Part shown: piece by piece, positions 31,927 through 41,148 of the stretch | Numbering within the stretch: position 1 is the stretch's first letter | Layout: every line of letters begins with the position of its first letter | Origin: Ostreococcus lucimarinus | Taxonomy: Eukaryota | DNA: 64,000 nucleotides | Reading direction: 5' to 3' (one strand) | Assembly: GCA_000092065.1 (NCBI GenBank) | Contig: CP000584.1 | The notes under the pieces: model-generated | What the model saw: only the letters and a program-made list of their open reading frames with translations | Database searches by the model: none | Told to the model about the DNA's origin: nothing | Made by a program: the position numbers and the translations under genes

Positions 31927-32811
31927 TCACTTGGAGGGATCGATCAACTTCTTCGGCGGCCGAGCCGCCTTTTCGTCGACGCCGCTCGTGCCGAAGCGTC
32001 TACGCAAGACAGCCAAGACGTCGGACATCGGCACGCCTTGCTTGTTCAACATCACCATTGAGTGATAGAGCACGTCCGCCATTTCGTTCGTCGCCGCTTC
32101 CTTGCCTTCGTTTTCCTCCCACGTCTGGCACAACTCTCCCGCTTCTTCGCGAATCTTCTTACACAACAGCTCGGGGTTATCCAACAGCCTTCGAGTCCAC
32201 GAGGGCTTGACGTCGTCCGCCACAGCCTCCACCCTTCGCGCCTCAATCGTCGCCTCCAACTCATACAACGTCGTCAGCGCCTCCTCCGCCGCGTGTCGAC
32301 CCCCATCGACCTTCGCCGCCGCTCCATCCCTTCCATCGACCCGCTTATAGTAACACGTGTGCGCGCCCGTGTGACACGTCGGCCCCGTCGGGACGCCCAA
32401 ATAAATCAAACTATCCCGGTCGCAGTCCACGTGCACGGATTCAACGCCGATGAAATTACCGCTCGTCTCTCCCTTGCACCACAGTTCCGAGCGACTGCGG
32501 CTCCAGAACGTCGCCTTGCGATTCCGAAGCGTGTACGCCACCGCGTCCCGGCTCGCGAAGCCCTGCATCAAGATAGCGCCCGTGTCCACGTCCTGCGCGA
32601 TCGCGCACACCAGCCCTTTATCGTCGTACTTCAGCGAGTCCAGGAACGCGTTCAACTGCGTCTCGTCGACCGCGACGTCCGCGCCGAGCGCGATCGCGCG
32701 ACGAGCGTTCGCGCGCGCGACGACGCGCGCGCGCGTCGAGCCGCCGAACGCTGGTTGACGCGCGCGCGCGCCGCGCGGCATCGCCCGCGTCGGGGCGAGC
32801 GCGCGCGTCAT
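31927..32811 (-). CDS. hisIE: Bifunctional histidine biosynthesis protein HisIE (phosphoribosyl-AMP cyclohydrolase / phosphoribosyl-ATP pyrophosphatase), plastid-type with transit-peptide-like N-terminus
   Basis: HisI block RSELWCKGETSGNFIGVESVHVDCDRDSLIYLGVPTGPTCHTGAHTCYY and HisE block LYELEATIEARR...ELCQTWEENEGKEAATNEMADVLYH. Start chosen at MTRALAPTRAMPRG (ATG ~32811). The track ORF runs further upstream as shadow. Confidence 0.85.
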   Translation of the reverse strand: MTRALAPTRAMPRGARARQPAFGGSTRARVVARANARRAIALGADVAVDETQLNAFLDSLKYDDKGLVCAIAQDVDTGAILMQGFASRDAVAYTLRNRKATFWSRSRSELWCKGETSGNFIGVESVHVDCDRDSLIYLGVPTGPTCHTGAHTCYYKRVDGRDGAAAKVDGGRHAAEEALTTLYELEATIEARRVEAVADDVKPSWTRRLLDNPELLCKKIREEAGELCQTWEENEGKEAATNEMADVLYHSMVMLNKQGVPMSDVLAVLRRRFGTSGVDEKAARPPKKLIDPSK

Positions 32812-33640
32812 GATCGTGACCTCGCGCGCGCGCGCGTCCGAGCGACGAAGCGAGACGTCGAGCGCGCGCGACGCGACGCGCGTGCGTGCGTCGGGCTTTG
32901 TCGGGACGCGCCGCGACGTGACTTTACGACGCGCGCGCGCGATGCTTCGCGCGGCGCTCCGCGCGCGCGCGGTGCGACTTCGCGCGCTCGATCGCGCGTC
33001 CATCGCCGATCGCGCGCGTCGCGAAGACGGTCGCGCGCGTCGGCAGCGCGCGCCGAGGCGTCGTCCGCGAGTCGTCGCTTTTTCGACCGGCGAGCGCGCG
33101 AGCGAGGAGAGCGTCGACGAGGCGCGCATGCGGCGCGCTTTGGCGCTCGCCCTCGACGCTGGGTCGCAGGGCGAAGTGCCGATCGCGGCCGTGCTCGTGG
33201 ACGCGACGACGGGGGAGGTGGTGGCGGAGGCGGCGAATCGCTGCGAGCGGGACGGCGACCCGACGGCGCACGCGGAGATGCTATTGATACGACTGGGCGC
33301 GGAAAAACTCGGAGGATGGCGACATTTGAAGCGCACGAGAATGTATGTGACGCTAGAGCCGTGCGCGATGTGTGCGGGGGCGATATTGCAGAGTAGAGTG
33401 GGAGGGGTGACGTACGGGGCGCGAAACGCGCTGCTCGGCGCGGATGGAAGCTGGGCGGCGCTGCTGCGAAACGAGGATGTGGGAGGAAGCGAGCGGGCGC
33501 CTGTGCGCGCGCATCCGTTCACGCCGGACTTGGACGTAAAGGGAGGCGTGCTCGCAGAGGAGACGGGGGAGGCGATGCGAGAATTTTTTAGGCGACGGCG
33601 AACGCTCGGCGCGTACGACGGCGAAACCGCGTCGAGCTGA
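32810..33640 (+). CDS. TADA: tRNA-specific adenosine deaminase TadA/TADA (CMP/dCMP-type zinc deaminase), plastid-type long N-terminal extension
   Basis: HAEMLLIRLG (H[AC]E) and TLEPCAMCAGAI (PCxxC) zinc-binding motifs with TadA spacing. First ATG at ~32810; alternative start MLRAALRARAV ~32942. Confidence 0.8.
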   Translation: MIVTSRARASERRSETSSARDATRVRASGFVGTRRDVTLRRARAMLRAALRARAVRLRALDRASIADRARREDGRARRQRAPRRRPRVVAFSTGERASEESVDEARMRRALALALDAGSQGEVPIAAVLVDATTGEVVAEAANRCERDGDPTAHAEMLLIRLGAEKLGGWRHLKRTRMYVTLEPCAMCAGAILQSRVGGVTYGARNALLGADGSWAALLRNEDVGGSERAPVRAHPFTPDLDVKGGVLAEETGEAMREFFRRRRTLGAYDGETASS

Positions 33641-33711
33641 CTTTGTTTGTGTATTGTTGTACACAAGTTTGTGTAGTGTATTGTATTGTAGCATTGCTCT
33701 AATCATATCAT

Positions 33712-36129
33712 CTATCGCGCGCCCGCGTACTCGTCGTCATCGTTGTCGTCGTCGTCGATATAATCGTCGTCGTCATCGTCGTCGTCGATGAATTTGTCGC
33801 GAATGCGCATCGAGCCGCCGCGCAAATCTGAAGACACTTCGTCGACGGGCTCTCGCGCGTCGTCGTCGTCGTCGTCGTCATCGTCGTCGTCGTCGTCGCC
33901 GTCCAAGTCTTCGTTCGCGAGAGGTAGGACATCATCAGAGAAGAGCTCATCTTCGTCATCATCGTAATCATCGGTGTCAGCGTCACTCACCAACCGAGCC
34001 TCCAAGCGCTTCGTGTACTCGATATTCGTGCCGGCGTCGTCTACGCCCGCTTCGAGCATGTCAATTTCGTACTGCGTGAGATCTCGCTTTCCCCCCGCGG
34101 TTGCCCTGTTGATCATCTCTTCGATCTCTTTCTTACTGAGTTTTTTATCTTCGTCGTCGTCTTTGAATCGCGGCACAACCTTGCGTCCGGCGTCGAGGCA
34201 CGCCTCCTCCCACGTTTCCCCGGCGTACACGTTGATGGGCGAGCCAAACGGATGCGGGTGGCGACCGAGCATCAGCAATAAGTCTTGCCTCGTGGGCATG
34301 ACTTCCAATGGGTACCTAAACCTCCACCATTTGCTTCGAGTATCGGTGACTTTGACTTCAAGCTCGGTGCCGACAGTGATGTGGTCGCGCATGGTCATCC
34401 AATCCGTCTCGTTGATTGGCAGCAACGCGTCGATTTCGGTGCCGCAGTCCACTAAAGCGCCGTGATATAAATCCATCGCGACGACCTTACCCTTCAACAC
34501 TTGATCAAGTTCAATCGTGTGGTGCATCTGTCGCGATACATCTCCAAAGTGTCTCGTGGGATCTCGGTCAACCGAGTCCACGTCCGTTTCTCGCGCTTCG
34601 GCCAAATGTCTCGTGTTCAGCGCGCGTTCGCGCATCCACGTGTTTTGTCCGCTCTCTATTTCTTCGTTTTGTACGCCGACGTAGGAAAGCGATGCGCCAT
34701 CGAACGCGCTCACGGCTTCATGCTGCGGCAGCGCGTCCCAGCCACCGTCACTCAACCATTCATCGTCGTCAAAGTCGTCCTCTGCGTCGTGACGCGATAC
34801 GAGTCGCCAATTTCCGTCGCCTTGCGCTCGTCTGGGATTGATTAAGAATGGAGCCTCTGGCGAGCCATCTTGATGAATTCGGTTGAGTTGAGATTCATCC
34901 AAGCCTTCATCTTCCTCATCTTTCTTGTCTTGGGCGGTCTCCATGCGTTCTTGCGCCTCTTCCTCTTCGAGCGCTTCGTCGAGGCGCTCCATCGCGAGCG
35001 TCAGCGGCTCCTCGTCCATATCCATCTCGCTCATTAAATCCCCTTCATCGTAGAAGATGTCTTCCTCGATGAAGTGCGTCGCGCTTCTTTCCGCGAAATC
35101 TTCCGCGACGAGCTCATCGATCTTGCTCTGTTTCCTCGCGCAATCGACTTCGTATCGCGCTTGCTCGGCGACGGTCATGTTGTTAAACTCTTCGCAACGC
35201 TCGTCGTACCACGCCACGATGTGTTCCTCGTCGACATCCGTGCGTTCGCTCAACTCGGCGATCTCTTTTCGCGTCGGTGGGTACGTTTGCATGTTTTTCA
35301 CTCGCAGCCACCAGTTAAGTTGACAGACATAAAGCGCCCGCCCCCGCAAAGCGCCCGCCTCGTCGGTGAAGTGTCGCGACGCCGACTTTGGCACCTCGCG
35401 CTTGATGTTTTCGTCACCCAATTCCTTCTTTTCGCGTGCGATGTGATCGATGACCCCGAAATCGTCGTCATCATCATCGTCGTCGTCGTAATCGTCGTAA
35501 TCGAGCAACAAATCGTCGTCGTCGTCGTCGTCAAACAACGACGCGACTTCGTCCGCGTCCCGGACGAACCCCGCCCCCGCGTCGTCGTCGTCGTACATCG
35601 ACCTCGCGAACCCTCCCGCGAGGACGTCCTCCTCCTCGTCCTCCTCCTCATCCTCATCCTCGTCATCGTCGTCCGCATCGCGCGCGTCCTCGTCTTCGTC
35701 GTAAAATCCCTCCGACCCGTCCTCCTCGTCCTCCGCGTCGTCGTCGTCGCCCGCGTCGTCGCCGCGCGTCGCCGCCGTCGTCACCTCCCGCGCCTCTCGC
35801 CCGCGCCTCGTCGTCCTCGCGCCGACGCGCATCGCGCGCGCGCGCATCACCGGCGTCTCCATCGTCGTCGCGCGCTCGCGCGCCATCGCGCCGCCGTCGT
35901 CGCGCGTCGCGCGCGCGTCCGCCGCCGCCGCCGCGAACCCGTCCCGTCGCGAATCCATCGCGTCGCGTCGCGTCGTCGCGCGTCGTCGTCGCGCCGGCGC
36001 GCGCCCAGACGCCGCGCGGGCATCGCGCCGCGCCGTCGCGACGCGCGCGGGCGCGCGCGCCGTCGCGCGCGCGCGCATGCCGACGCGTCGCGGTGTGACG
36101 CCGCCGCGGTTAGGGTTCGGCGTCCACAC
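33712..36129 (-). CDS. Highly acidic protein with S1-like RNA-binding domain (GKVVAMDLYHGALVDCGTEIDALLPINE...TVGTELEVKVTD) and transit-peptide-like N-terminus; possibly pTAC10/PAP3-like
   Basis: S1/OB-like block with long poly-Asp/Glu tracts (DDDDDDDDDDDDD). Plant plastid nucleoid S1 proteins have similar composition. The family assignment is inference. Confidence 0.55.
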   Translation of the reverse strand: MWTPNPNRGGVTPRRVGMRARATARAPARVATARRDARAASGRAPARRRRATTRRDAMDSRRDGFAAAAADARATRDDGGAMARERATTMETPVMRARAMRVGARTTRRGREAREVTTAATRGDDAGDDDDAEDEEDGSEGFYDEDEDARDADDDDEDEDEEEDEEEDVLAGGFARSMYDDDDAGAGFVRDADEVASLFDDDDDDDLLLDYDDYDDDDDDDDDFGVIDHIAREKKELGDENIKREVPKSASRHFTDEAGALRGRALYVCQLNWWLRVKNMQTYPPTRKEIAELSERTDVDEEHIVAWYDERCEEFNNMTVAEQARYEVDCARKQSKIDELVAEDFAERSATHFIEEDIFYDEGDLMSEMDMDEEPLTLAMERLDEALEEEEAQERMETAQDKKDEEDEGLDESQLNRIHQDGSPEAPFLINPRRAQGDGNWRLVSRHDAEDDFDDDEWLSDGGWDALPQHEAVSAFDGASLSYVGVQNEEIESGQNTWMRERALNTRHLAEARETDVDSVDRDPTRHFGDVSRQMHHTIELDQVLKGKVVAMDLYHGALVDCGTEIDALLPINETDWMTMRDHITVGTELEVKVTDTRSKWWRFRYPLEVMPTRQDLLLMLGRHPHPFGSPINVYAGETWEEACLDAGRKVVPRFKDDDEDKKLSKKEIEEMINRATAGGKRDLTQYEIDMLEAGVDDAGTNIEYTKRLEARLVSDADTDDYDDDEDELFSDDVLPLANEDLDGDDDDDDDDDDDDDAREPVDEVSSDLRGGSMRIRDKFIDDDDDDDDYIDDDDNDDDEYAGAR

Positions 36130-36260
36130 GTTTATCGCGACGGGTCGTTATTTTTACATCGTCCAAACGTGCGCTCGAATGCGGCGCGAGACGCCGACCG
36201 GGGAATGGCGATCGGCGCGGATTCGCGCGCGCCGCACACGCGCGCGCGTCCGAGATCGAC

Positions 36261-37109
36261 ATGCGCGCGACGCCGATCGCGAGAATCATCGCGCCCGCGC
36301 GCTCGCGATCGAGCGCGACGCGCGCGAGCGGTCGAGGACGGCGCGGAACGACGCGAATCGTCGCGAAGGCGTCGAATTCGAGTCGCGGGATCGATCCGGG
36401 CGTCGTCGCGCCCACGCTCGAGCACCGAGGCGACGAGTGCGAGGTCGCGGATGATGTATTGCGCGTCGTCGTGTCGAACGACGACGCGAGCGCGCGCGCG
36501 AGGGGGCGGAGCGCGATCAAGCTGCGGGTGAAGTCGATCCCGGGGCTGCTGCGAAGCGTCGCGTGGGTGCTGCACGGATTGGATCTCGCGGCGCACGAGT
36601 GCGCGATCGCGACGGACGCGAACGGGGTCGTGGAGATGGCGTTTGAGTGCACCGAGCGCGCGGGGTCGAGCGGGACGCGAGAGCAGCAGATCGTGGATTG
36701 CGACTTGACGCGGGACAGGCTGTACGATTACCTGGCGCGGTGCGCGGACGGAGGGGCGGAGACGAACGAGGAGCGATTGGAGGAGGACGGGGTCGTCGTG
36801 GATAACACGAGAAACGAGGATTCGACGTACGTGAGCGTGCGAGTGGACGAGGCGGTGTCGAGCGCGATCTCGCTGTATCCGATCGGGAACACGTTCACGG
36901 GGAGCGGGTTGGTGGTTAAAAACGGGACGCTCAACAAGGGCGTGGACGCGTCCACGGGACGGGCCACGAAGACGTGGGAATTCGACGTCGTCAGGCAAGC
37001 GGATCGTAAGAAGTTAAATACCGATCAGTTGCAGCCGCTCATGTACACGCTCGCGCTCGTGTGCGCGCCGGGAAGCTTTGGACGATCGCACGCGTTTACG
37101 TCGCGGTGA
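36261..37109 (+). CDS. ACT-domain-containing protein with transit-peptide-like N-terminus
   Basis: IKLRVKSIPGLLRSVAWVLHGLDLAAHECAIATDANGVVEMAFEC fits the ACT (GlnD/ACR-type) fold consensus. Confidence 0.5.
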   Translation: MRATPIARIIAPARSRSSATRASGRGRRGTTRIVAKASNSSRGIDPGVVAPTLEHRGDECEVADDVLRVVVSNDDASARARGRSAIKLRVKSIPGLLRSVAWVLHGLDLAAHECAIATDANGVVEMAFECTERAGSSGTREQQIVDCDLTRDRLYDYLARCADGGAETNEERLEEDGVVVDNTRNEDSTYVSVRVDEAVSSAISLYPIGNTFTGSGLVVKNGTLNKGVDASTGRATKTWEFDVVRQADRKKLNTDQLQPLMYTLALVCAPGSFGRSHAFTSR

Positions 37110-37177
37110 AGAAATTTTCGAGCGAGCGCCGTGAATATTAATATGACTGCTATGTATCGTCGCATCCGTCGCGTCCC

Positions 37178-38399
37178 TCACATCGAGTTCAGCGCCGCGC
37201 CTAAAGGCCACGCCGCCTCCACGGGCTTGCCTTGGTATTCGATCTGCTTGACGAGCGTGAAATCCCGCCATCCGTGTCTGCCGAAGCCGACGTTGAGCAA
37301 GGCGTAGGCAAACGTGAGGTCCATGCAAAGAAACGGGGCGTCCTTCGGCTCGACGCCGTGATACTTGGTCGTGACTTCCGCTACGCTGACACCGCACGCC
37401 TTCTCCGCGGCCGCCTTAAAGTCGTTCACGGCGGCGCGTCCATCGATTTCGTCGTCGGTGACGATGCCGACGTTCACCGCGCGATCCCACAAATAACTCG
37501 ACATGTACACGCGCTTGCTTCCCGCCCCCGGTTCGCCGCCCCACGCACCGTCAAAGGAGCACTGCTTCGGTCGTTCGCACTCTTTGTCCACGCCGAGCGC
37601 GGCCACGGCGACGTCGTAACACGACGCGTGATCGCTCCCAGAATCGCGCGCCGACGCTTTGTACGTTTTCCCGGCGTATTCGTACACGCCGTCGTATCCC
37701 GCGTGCACGCACGGTGATCCACCTCGCTCTTCCGCTTGCGCCAAAACCGCCGCGCGCGCGGCCATCAAACCGTGCCCGAGGTGCGAACGCGTGTACACGT
37801 CGAACGAGTGCCCGAGAGCTTTCAGTTTTGTAATGTACCCATCCGGCGCGTTCGCGACGCTCTCCGGAGGCACTTGGTACGCCAATTGCACCGATCCACC
37901 GCCTAAATCCACGGCCGCCACCGTCTGCACGTCGCCGTCGTGATCGGCACCTCCGTTCGCGAGATTGCCGAGCAAGTAATTCATCGTCAACCACTGATAC
38001 GCGCCCTCGTCCGCGCCGTCCATGATGGAGACGCTCTCGTCGTCAAACTTGAACGGATACTCCTTGAGCAACTTTTTACACTCCGCGAGAATATCGCTCG
38101 ACGCGTCCCCCGGAAGCAAACGCAAGCCCGCGGTCGCGCGCAACTCCACGCTCGTCTCCGCGCGATCCGCCGCCGGCACGGCGTTCATCGCCGTCGTCAT
38201 CAACGTTCGCAAGCTCTCCGCCGCCGCCTTCGGATCGCTCGCGCGCGCGCTCAGCCCCGGCTTCACCGCCTCGAAGTGATCGTCCAACAGCTTCAACCCT
38301 CGCCCCGCGCGCTCGAACGCGAACACGTGCGCGCGACTCCCCGTGCTCCCCGCGTCGAGCACCACCGCGTACCGCCGCGTCGCCTCCGCCGCGTCCTCC

Positions 38400-38431
<32 letters not shown>

Positions 38432-38722
38432 CCCCTTCCTCTCGCGCAGCACCCTATCGTAATCCACCGCGCGCGCCCTCGCGCGCCCGAGCCCCTCGTC
38501 CCCGTCTCTCGCCATCGCCAGCGCGCTCGCCGCGCCCGCGTCGCCGCCGAACCGTCTCGCGCCCCGTCCCTCTCGCCCCCCCCTTCCCCGCGTCGACCCA
38601 TTCGCGTTCTCCCCGAACGCGCTCAGCGCCAGCAGCACCGTCACCGGCACCGCCACCAGCGCCAACGACGCTCGACCGCGACTCGCGCGCGCGTCCCGTC
38701 CCGTCCCCCGTCGCGTCGCCAT
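37178..38722 (-). CDS. Apyrase / NTPDase (GDA1-CD39 nucleoside phosphatase family) with N-terminal signal anchor
   Basis: Apyrase conserved regions: VLDAGSTGSRAHVF (ACR1), LRATAGLRLL (ACR2), GADEGAYQWLTMNYLLG (ACR3), AVDLGGGSVQLAY (ACR4). Poly-Thr run encoded by (GTC)n at ~38399..38431. Confidence 0.85.
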
Positions 38723-39170
38723 CGCGTCGCGATGACTCTATGAGCCCGATCGATCGTCCGTCGCGTCGCGAACGGCGAACGGCCCCGTCGACGCGCGCGC
38801 GCCCGATCGACCGCGACCGCGCGCGCGTCGTCCTCGCGCGTCGCGCGCCGCGTCGCGCGCGCGGCGTCGCGCGGTGCCGATCGATCGTCGATCGCGCGCG
38901 CGCCGCGACGCGCGGACGCGGCGACCGACCGACCGACCGACCGGGCGTCCGAGTATCGCACTGTTTACCCACACGAACGCGAATATCGAAAAAATCGCCA
39001 TCGATCCTTAAATACATGGACTTACACGCACACACAATGCGCGTCGACTCGCGATCGCGCGGCATAAAAACACCGCGCGCGCGCGACCGATCGACCGACC
39101 GACGCGACGACGATTCGATCGGATCGAATGCATCGAATGCGTCGGCGCTGTGCGACGCGCGCGTCGACGA

Positions 39171-39457
39171 TGGAGACGGAGATGGAGCAACCGCTGGCGA
39201 ACCTGGCGCGCGCGCAGGACGAGCTGCGGAACGCGCTGAGCGCGAACCTCGGGGAGCTGCGGAGCGCGCACGACGGCGTCGCGGCGGCGGCGGCGAACGC
39301 GCTCAGGGAGCGCCGGCGCGAGCGCGAGGAGAGTCGAACGGCGCTCGAGCGAGAGGCGAGCGAGCGCGCGCGGTTGGAGACGAAGCTGACGCAGTGCGAG
39401 ACGGCGCTGCGGGAGACGAAGGCGGCGCTGGGAGAGGCGCGGAGCGAGGCGAAGGAG
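39171..39457 (+). CDS. Coiled-coil protein exon 1 (METEMEQPLANLARAQDELRNALSANLGELR...)
   Basis: ATG at ~39171. Heptad-rich sequence. Phase-0 GTGCGC donor after ...RSEAKE (~39458). Alternative read-through ends in a Gly-run stop at 39556. Confidence 0.4.
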
Positions 39458-39716
39458 GTGCGCGAGAACGACGGCGAGGCGAGGCGAGACGCGATTCGAA
39501 CGCGGACGAGACGCCGACGAGTCTGGAGAAGCGGCGAGGGACGGGGGGGGGGGTAGGATGTGGGATTTCATGGTTTGGGACGGTTTGGGACGGTTCGGGA
39601 CGGGGCGCGGAGGAAGGCGCGCGCGCGGAGGAAGGCGAGGGGGGGGGCGACGCGATCGCGGCGCGAGGGAGAGAAGGAGCGACTGACGAACGACGCGGCG
39701 CGCGACGAATCGATAG

Positions 39717-40757
39717 GCGAACCAACAATCCGCGCAAGAAATCCGAGATTTGACGCAAAAGCTTCAGTTGACGCTCGAAGAGAAGAAGAAGAACGAAGAC
39801 GCGCTGAAACAACACGGGCAAGAGCTCAAGCAGCAGCTGATCATCATGCAAACCAAGCTCGAACGGGCGGGGGAGATGGACAAGGTGAAGGAGGAGCAGT
39901 TCGCGCAACAAGAAAACCGGCATAAAGATACGGTTGAGGAGTTCAAGAAGGCTCAAACCGAGCTCAAGCTGCAGCTCCAGGACGCGCTGGCGAAGATTGA
40001 AGCCGAGCACAAGGGGATGAAGGTGCAAGAAGCCGAGGTGCTGAAGCAACGCGACGTCATCAACCGTCTCGAGGCGAAGAATGCGAGCTTGATCGCCGAG
40101 CTCGACAACACGCGCGCGCAGTGCGTGCAATGGCAACGCGAGACCGACATGGCGAAGGCTGAGATGCAACAAGCGCGAAGCGAAGCTGAAGCCGCCAAGG
40201 AGGAGCGCATGAAGGAGGAAAAGCATCGAGGCATCGCCGAGAACGAAACCGCGGACTCGCGCCGAAAGGCGGCCGAGGCCACGGCGCTCGCCGCGGACGA
40301 GAAGCAAACCAGAAAGCTCGCCGACCAAGCGTTGGAAGCTAAGCAGAACGAATTAAAGGATCTCAAGCACAAGGCGCAAATGATGGAGAAGGATTACAAG
40401 GAAATGCTCACCGATGAAAAGCAGGCTCGGGCGCAACTGGAAGAAAACTACGAGACCTTGAAGCAAGATTCGGTGAACTTGTACAACGCGTACACGAGCT
40501 CGAACCAGCAAATCGAAGAGTACCGCATCGCGCTCGAGCGCGAAGCGCAAGAAGCGGCTGCTCTGCACGCCGCGCTCGCCAAGCAAAAGGAGGACGCCGC
40601 TCGAGACGCCGTGCGCTCTCGAAGCACGCGCGTCATCGCCCCTCCCGCTGGCTTCTTGGGCGGTTCATCTCCGTCTCCTAAGCAAGACGGACGCCGCGGT
40701 GGCGCCCGCATCGGCGAAATGGACGATATCCGATCGCCGCCATCCTTCGCAGACTAG
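39717..40757 (+). CDS. Coiled-coil protein exon 2 (ANQQSAQEIRDLTQKLQLTLEEKKKNEDALKQ... ~345 aa of heptad repeats)
   Basis: Open frame extends upstream of the track TTG start back to an ATAG acceptor (~39716). Intron contains G-runs. Confidence 0.55.
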   Translation, partial: ANQQSAQEIRDLTQKLQLTLEEKKKNEDALKQHGQELKQQLIIMQTKLERAGEMDKVKEEQFAQQENRHKDTVEEFKKAQTELKLQLQDALAKIEAEHKGMKVQEAEVLKQRDVINRLEAKNASLIAELDNTRAQCVQWQRETDMAKAEMQQARSEAEAAKEERMKEEKHRGIAENETADSRRKAAEATALAADEKQTRKLADQALEAKQNELKDLKHKAQMMEKDYKEMLTDEKQARAQLEENYETLKQDSVNLYNAYTSSNQQIEEYRIALEREAQEAAALHAALAKQKEDAARDAVRSRSTRVIAPPAGFLGGSSPSPKQDGRRGGARIGEMDDIRSPPSFAD

Positions 40758-41148
40758 CGTTTCGACGCCGTTTCGCTCGCGAGCGTGAATATGAGCAGAC
40801 GCGCGCAGCAGTGTTTTATATCATGAAAGCATCTATTTCAGCGCGCTCGCCCACCATCGTCGTCGTCATCGCTTTCTCGCGCCCTTTTTTCGCTCGATAC
40901 ATCAAAACGCATCGATCGTTCGCCGCGACCGCGTCCGTCGCCTCGCCGCGTTTGAACAGAGGCGCGCTCGCCGCGACAACCGTCCTCAAACCACGCCGCA
41001 CGACGTCCGCGCGCGCGTCGTCGCCGCACCGCGTCATCGCGCGAACGACGCTCAACGCGCTGAACGCGATCGAACGCCGCGCACGGCGTCGCTCGACGTG
41101 CGCACGACGCAAACGTCGTCGAATCAGAGATCAACCAGAACGGACGTC

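Noticed and set aside
35074-36531. 485-aa ORF on + strand, plus similar long ORFs at 38740..39753 (+), 41131..42798 (-), 21398..22228 (-), 55206..56546 (both strands), 8393..9300 (+)
   Set aside because: All overlap confidently identified genes on the opposite strand or in another frame and translate to Arg/Pro/Ala/Ser-rich low-complexity. They are stop-codon-poor shadow ORFs expected at ~70% GC.
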